The notes beneath the pieces are model-generated. The model saw only the letters and a list, made by a program, of their open reading frames with translations. It ran no database searches and was not told the origin of the DNA. Below, piece by piece: positions 49,894-64,000 of a DNA stretch of 64,000 nt. A program made the position numbers and the translations under genes. This DNA comes from the human T2T-CHM13v2.0 reference genome, Homo sapiens. The stretch is taken from the NCBI RefSeq assembly GCF_009914755.1, contig NC_060926.1; one strand, given 5' to 3'. Each line of letters begins with the position of its first letter. Position 1 is the first letter of the stretch.

Positions 49894-50017
49894 CGTTTTC
49901 TGAAGGTATTTTGCCCAATGTACAAGCAGAGCAGGTTGAAGGCCATGTTTTTCCTGGGCTCTTAGAGTGTTTATTTCATGCTGAACTAGAAGTCTCAATT
50001 TTGCCAAGTTTCCAGGT
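49894..50017 (-). CDS. RGPD6: RGPD exon 12 (124 nt; PGNLAKLRLL...WAKYLQKT)
   Basis: TAG/GTGAGT, open frame. Confidence 0.95.
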
Positions 50018-50184
50018 CTAAAAAATAGTTCAATTTACTAAAATTGCTTTCTAAATACACAGTTCAGCGCTTACATACATATATGTTAATGGGTCACATG
50101 ACAAATTAAATCTTCACACGAGGATTAAATCCCCGGTAAAACCTACGCACTAAGTGAAAGCAATATTTTTGTTTTACTACTTAC

Positions 50185-50360
50185 ACTGCTTTTCTGTGAA
50201 TCAGAGTACAAACCGCATCCCACCAAGATTTTTGTCTTTCTGTACAAAGCTGTTTACACACAGGAAAGGGCAGGCATAACGGCTGATAGGAGCTATGGTG
50301 AGAATTACATTTCTCCTTTAATTGTAAGTGGCTGGTATATACTACTCCAAGGAGAAATAC
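50185..50360 (-). CDS. RGPD6: RGPD exon 11 (176 nt; VFLLGVVYTSH...LIHRKA)
   Basis: CAG/GTAAGT; overlaps ORF 50181-50369. Confidence 0.95.
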
Positions 50361-50443
50361 CTGTTTCATTTAAGGAAAAGTTAAGTTAGAAAAAAAAATT
50401 AAACAAAATTCAGAATATTTAATTTGTTAAAATCTTTGCTTAC

Positions 50444-50625
50444 TTCAAGATCTAAAATACATATTGATTCAGGCGCATTTGTTTCAAGCCTTGAGGTTTC
50501 ATGGGGCAAACGATGGAAAAGCTGTTTTAGCCATTTTCGGATTCCAGGTAAAGCAGGCAATGAATTCCACTGTAAGCCAAGCCAAGTAAGATGCTGAAGA
50601 CTACCATTATGTGCTCGAATAGCAC
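50444..50625 (-). CDS. RGPD6: RGPD exon 10 (182 nt; GAIRAHNGSLQH...ICILDLE)
   Basis: CAG/GTAAGC, open frame. Confidence 0.95.
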
Positions 50626-51069
50626 CTGAAATAAAATTTAAAAATTGGCTTAAGGGTTTGAAATTTTTCTTTGTGCCATTAGTTTTGCCAACATAAACAA
50701 TTCACATTATATATATCTTAATTATATAACTGCTTTTCTATATCAAAGCTGGAGGGAATTCTATGTTAGGCAAAATCTCATGTTCTTATTAAATGCATTC
50801 TCACTTGATTATTTCTAGAAATTTTAATAAAAATAGTAGTGATGAAGAATGTTTAAGTCCATCTTAAAAAATGACACTGACTAGAACTCAATAAACCAAA
50901 ATCAACTGACAAAAGCCAAATAAAGAACACCTAACCTAATAAGAAACCCCAAAACAATGGGTTTTGCTTTAAGTCATTAAAGCAATGGAACACCACTATA
51001 TTAATCCATCGGTACAGTAAAGAAATCTGTTTTTCTACAAGAAAGTCAATATTGAAAATGTTATGCGCA

Positions 51070-53699
<2,630 letters not shown>

Positions 53700-53739
53700 T
53701 TATGCCATAGGTTTACAGTAAGCAATCAAAAAATCATAG

Positions 53740-54085
53740 TCCTCGGATAAAGTACTGATACATGCTATAACACAGATGAACCTTGAAAACCTTGCTAAAT
53801 CAAAGAAGCCAGTCACAAAAGACCACATACTATGATTCCATTTATGTGAAATGTTCAGAAGAGGCAAACCTACAGAGACAGATTAGCGGTTGCCAAGGCT
53901 GAGAGGTTTGGGTAAAATGGGGAGTAACTGCTAATAGGTAAGGAATTCCTCACGGAGTGATGAAAATCTTCTAAAACTGACTGTGGTGACAGTGGTAATA
54001 CTCTATGAACATAGTAAAAGCCACTGAACTGTACACTTTAAATGGGTGAAGCGTATGGTATACGAATTATATTTCAATTGAACTT
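53740..54085 (+). mobile_element. L1MB/ME 3' end fragment
   Basis: AAGAAGCCAGTCACAAAAGACCACATACTATGATTCCATTTATG...GAACTGTACACTTTAAATGGG. Confidence 0.85.
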
Positions 54086-55078
54086 TTTTTAAAAACCCTC
54101 CTTCGAGTTAATTCTGCTGGGCAATTAGGTTTGGTTACCACTACACAGTTGTGTCTCAGCACACTTACAGAGGCACCCTCGGAATGCCCAGATCAAAGAC
54201 ATAAAAAAAAGATACAGGCAATTTTTATCTAACTGTGACACCATGCAAAGGCACTTATGAGAGCCCTGCAAGGGTAGAAGGAAAAGAGAAAAGGGAAAAA
54301 GTAGAAAGTCACTTTAAGGACTGAAAGCCTAACTCCCACAAAAAAAGTGGGCTATGGAATAAAAGAGCAATGTGAGCTCTGGCCAACAGCCTAACTATAC
54401 ACCAAAGCTTATAATAACTTTGATTTAATATTACATCTTGCTCTTTACAAAATTCATCCAATTTTATATCAAAACTGCTCCTTATAGAAAGCATTATGTT
54501 TCTTCAGTTCACTGCTTGATTCAATGGCCATCTAACTACCTTAAAGTTTGTATCTTAGCAAAATCACAGGTAATATGCAACAGACCTTTAGGATTCATCC
54601 CAAGCCAAAAATGGGGGAAAAAATCCACAAATTCCAAGAGCCTAATATAAGGTAAGTATATATCTTCTATCTTCCTCACTATGCTCTCAGCTCTTTAAGA
54701 CAGATCCGTATCTTCTTCATCTTTATATCCCCACAGCAGTGTTTTTAGAATCAGCTGGTGTTAAATGGTTGGCAAATCAATAATTATACTTAGTTCAGGA
54801 AGTGACTAAATATTCAGGATAGAGGCTCTAGCAGCCAGATGAAGAAAGAGTTAAGAAATCCTCTCCACATAGGAACAAACAATATCAAATATTCATTTTT
54901 TTAAAAGAATGTGCTATTTCTTCGCATCTCTTCCATACCTATTGCTCTTAACTGATACGGCAAAAAGAAATAATTTTGACAAATTATCTCCTGGACAGAT
55001 GAAGATTTTATCATAAGATATGCCTTAACAGAAATTCCTTTTTCTTTTTAAATTAAATTAGTTTAATATTACTATTAC

Positions 55079-55166
55079 CTGATTGGCTCAGTCGGTCACA
55101 GGCCATCATTTCCAGCAGATTTTGTCCAGCTTTACCTTCTCTTAATTTAATCTTTGGTCTTGGAAC
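55079..55166 (-). CDS. RGPD6: RGPD exon 8 (88 nt; VPRPKIKLREGKAGQNLLEMMACDRLSQS)
   Basis: TAG acceptor, GTAATA donor, phase 0 to 1; read manually, not in the ORF track. Confidence 0.95.
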
Positions 55167-55281
55167 CTAATAATTTTAGAATCAAAAATCTTAATTTGAT
55201 GATACCCATACTTCTAATAGTAACATGGTCTTATCTATTACACTGTACTTTTTTTGATAATGAATAAACAGTTAACCATTA

Positions 55282-60757
<5,476 letters not shown>

Positions 60758-61214
60758 TCATAAATGTTATATACATGTGTTTCAATTAACATGTTAAATT
60801 GCAATCATATTCTTCTATCATAGGCTATAAAGCCATTGCCCTACGTCTACTTATTAGGATTTTGTCCAAGTAACACATCTTTTTGAATCAAGCTTTACCC
60901 ATAATACGAGATTACATCTTTATCATGTTCCCAAAAATGGCAGAGTAAAAAGATCAAACTCTTCAAATTTGTCTACAAACAAATCATGGCAATGCAGGCT
61001 TTCGACAAGAGTGCATTCAACATCCCTGTTTCACCAGCCTCACCAGTATTGTGTATGCTTAGTTATTTTCCACTGTATCAAATTGACTATTTCATTTTAA
61101 CTTTAATTCCACAGGTTTGTTCACATATTGTCATTACATACCAGAGCACACCTTCATTTAAAACACATCAAGACTCCGTGAAATGTCAATTGCTCCTACA
61201 AGTGGAAGACTTAC

Positions 61215-61410
61215 CTGAAATGCTATGAGATAGCACAATGCAGCCAGCTCAGAAAGAGCTCGCCATTGAACATTATTACCATGCTGACCCATCTTCAAGA
61301 GCAGAGAACCAGCATACATATAGAAATGTCCTTTCATTTCTAAGAAAGTAGCTGACAGTTCATCATTTCCACCCAAAGAAGATTTCGCAGACTGAAGAGC
61401 ACTATCAAAA
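61215..61410 (-). CDS. RGPD6: RGPD exon 7 (196 nt; FDSALQSAKSSLGG...LCYLIAFQ)
   Basis: CAG acceptor at 61411-13, GTAAGT donor; RANBP2 N-terminal domain sequence. Confidence 0.95.
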
Positions 61411-61906
61411 CTGTAATATGAAAATATCAAACAGATGATACACACTTACTGCACTGTGAATAATCATGGTTGATTTAATTCAAAACAAAATAAAAATTTT
61501 ATTTCAAGCTTCATCTTCCACATTCAACTTCTAATAATTCTTATTCCCCATGTTATAAATTATGAATCATCTAATGCTTATTTTTATCCTGCATACTTCC
61601 TATACTTCATGCTTAACCTCTCAAATGATGTCTTATTCCCAGTTATTTCCAGCCCTCCAATCACAGGATAAATATAAGATTAGTGATTATAGGTGCACAT
61701 TTCAAAATAAACCAGGATAAAGTTGGGAGACTATTTTGTAGTTTCTTCCTGATCATATAATTTCATTATTTAATTAACAGTTGTAATTTCTCAAATTAGA
61801 CATACCATTTCCAAATTATAAGTAAATAACTGACAGGTATTTGAGTATCAATACAGCAATTGCTCTTTTTACTATATAGATCATTACAGCGTTAAATAAA
61901 TTGTCT

Positions 61907-64000
<2,094 letters not shown>

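Overview
Human/great-ape genomic DNA, repeat-rich. The minus strand carries the 3' ~47 kb of an RGPD gene (RANBP2-like and GRIP-domain containing), the primate chimera of RANBP2/Nup358 and GCC2/GCC185. I traced 17 coding exons with canonical AG/GT ends and consistent phases: 14 RANBP2-derived (RANBP2 numbering 7-20) and 3 GCC2-derived, ending DEEENPSRSSG*. With RANBP2-sized exons 1-6 (outside the window) this gives 1765 aa, i.e. the RGPD5/6/8 subgroup. RGPD6 is my best guess, but the paralogs cannot be separated from this window alone. The gene family is known; the notable content is its construction history, readable at base resolution. (1) The RANBP2/GCC2 fusion junction is at ~33403-33405, inside RANBP2 exon 21, joined to a truncated Alu just before the SUMO-E3 IR1 region. 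(2) The shortened exon 20 uses a cryptic acceptor made from former coding sequence. (3) An intact in-frame GCC2 exon with a weak donor lies in the fusion intron. (4) A MIR-derived terminal exon lies in intron 18. (5) A TGA replacing a GCC2 Trp codon clips the GRIP tail. Together these suggest a set of phase-1-compatible alternative C-termini. Also present: a Harlequin/HERV-E (LTR2) provirus 5' end inserted into an Alu, a tandemly duplicated ancient RPS3A retrocopy, MLT2A/MLT1 LTRs, MER/L1/MIR/CR1 fossils, ~50 Alus and local templated duplications. Comparisons with RANBP2, GCC2, RPS3A and repeat consensus sequences are from memory, not from an alignment. Repeat boundaries are approximate.
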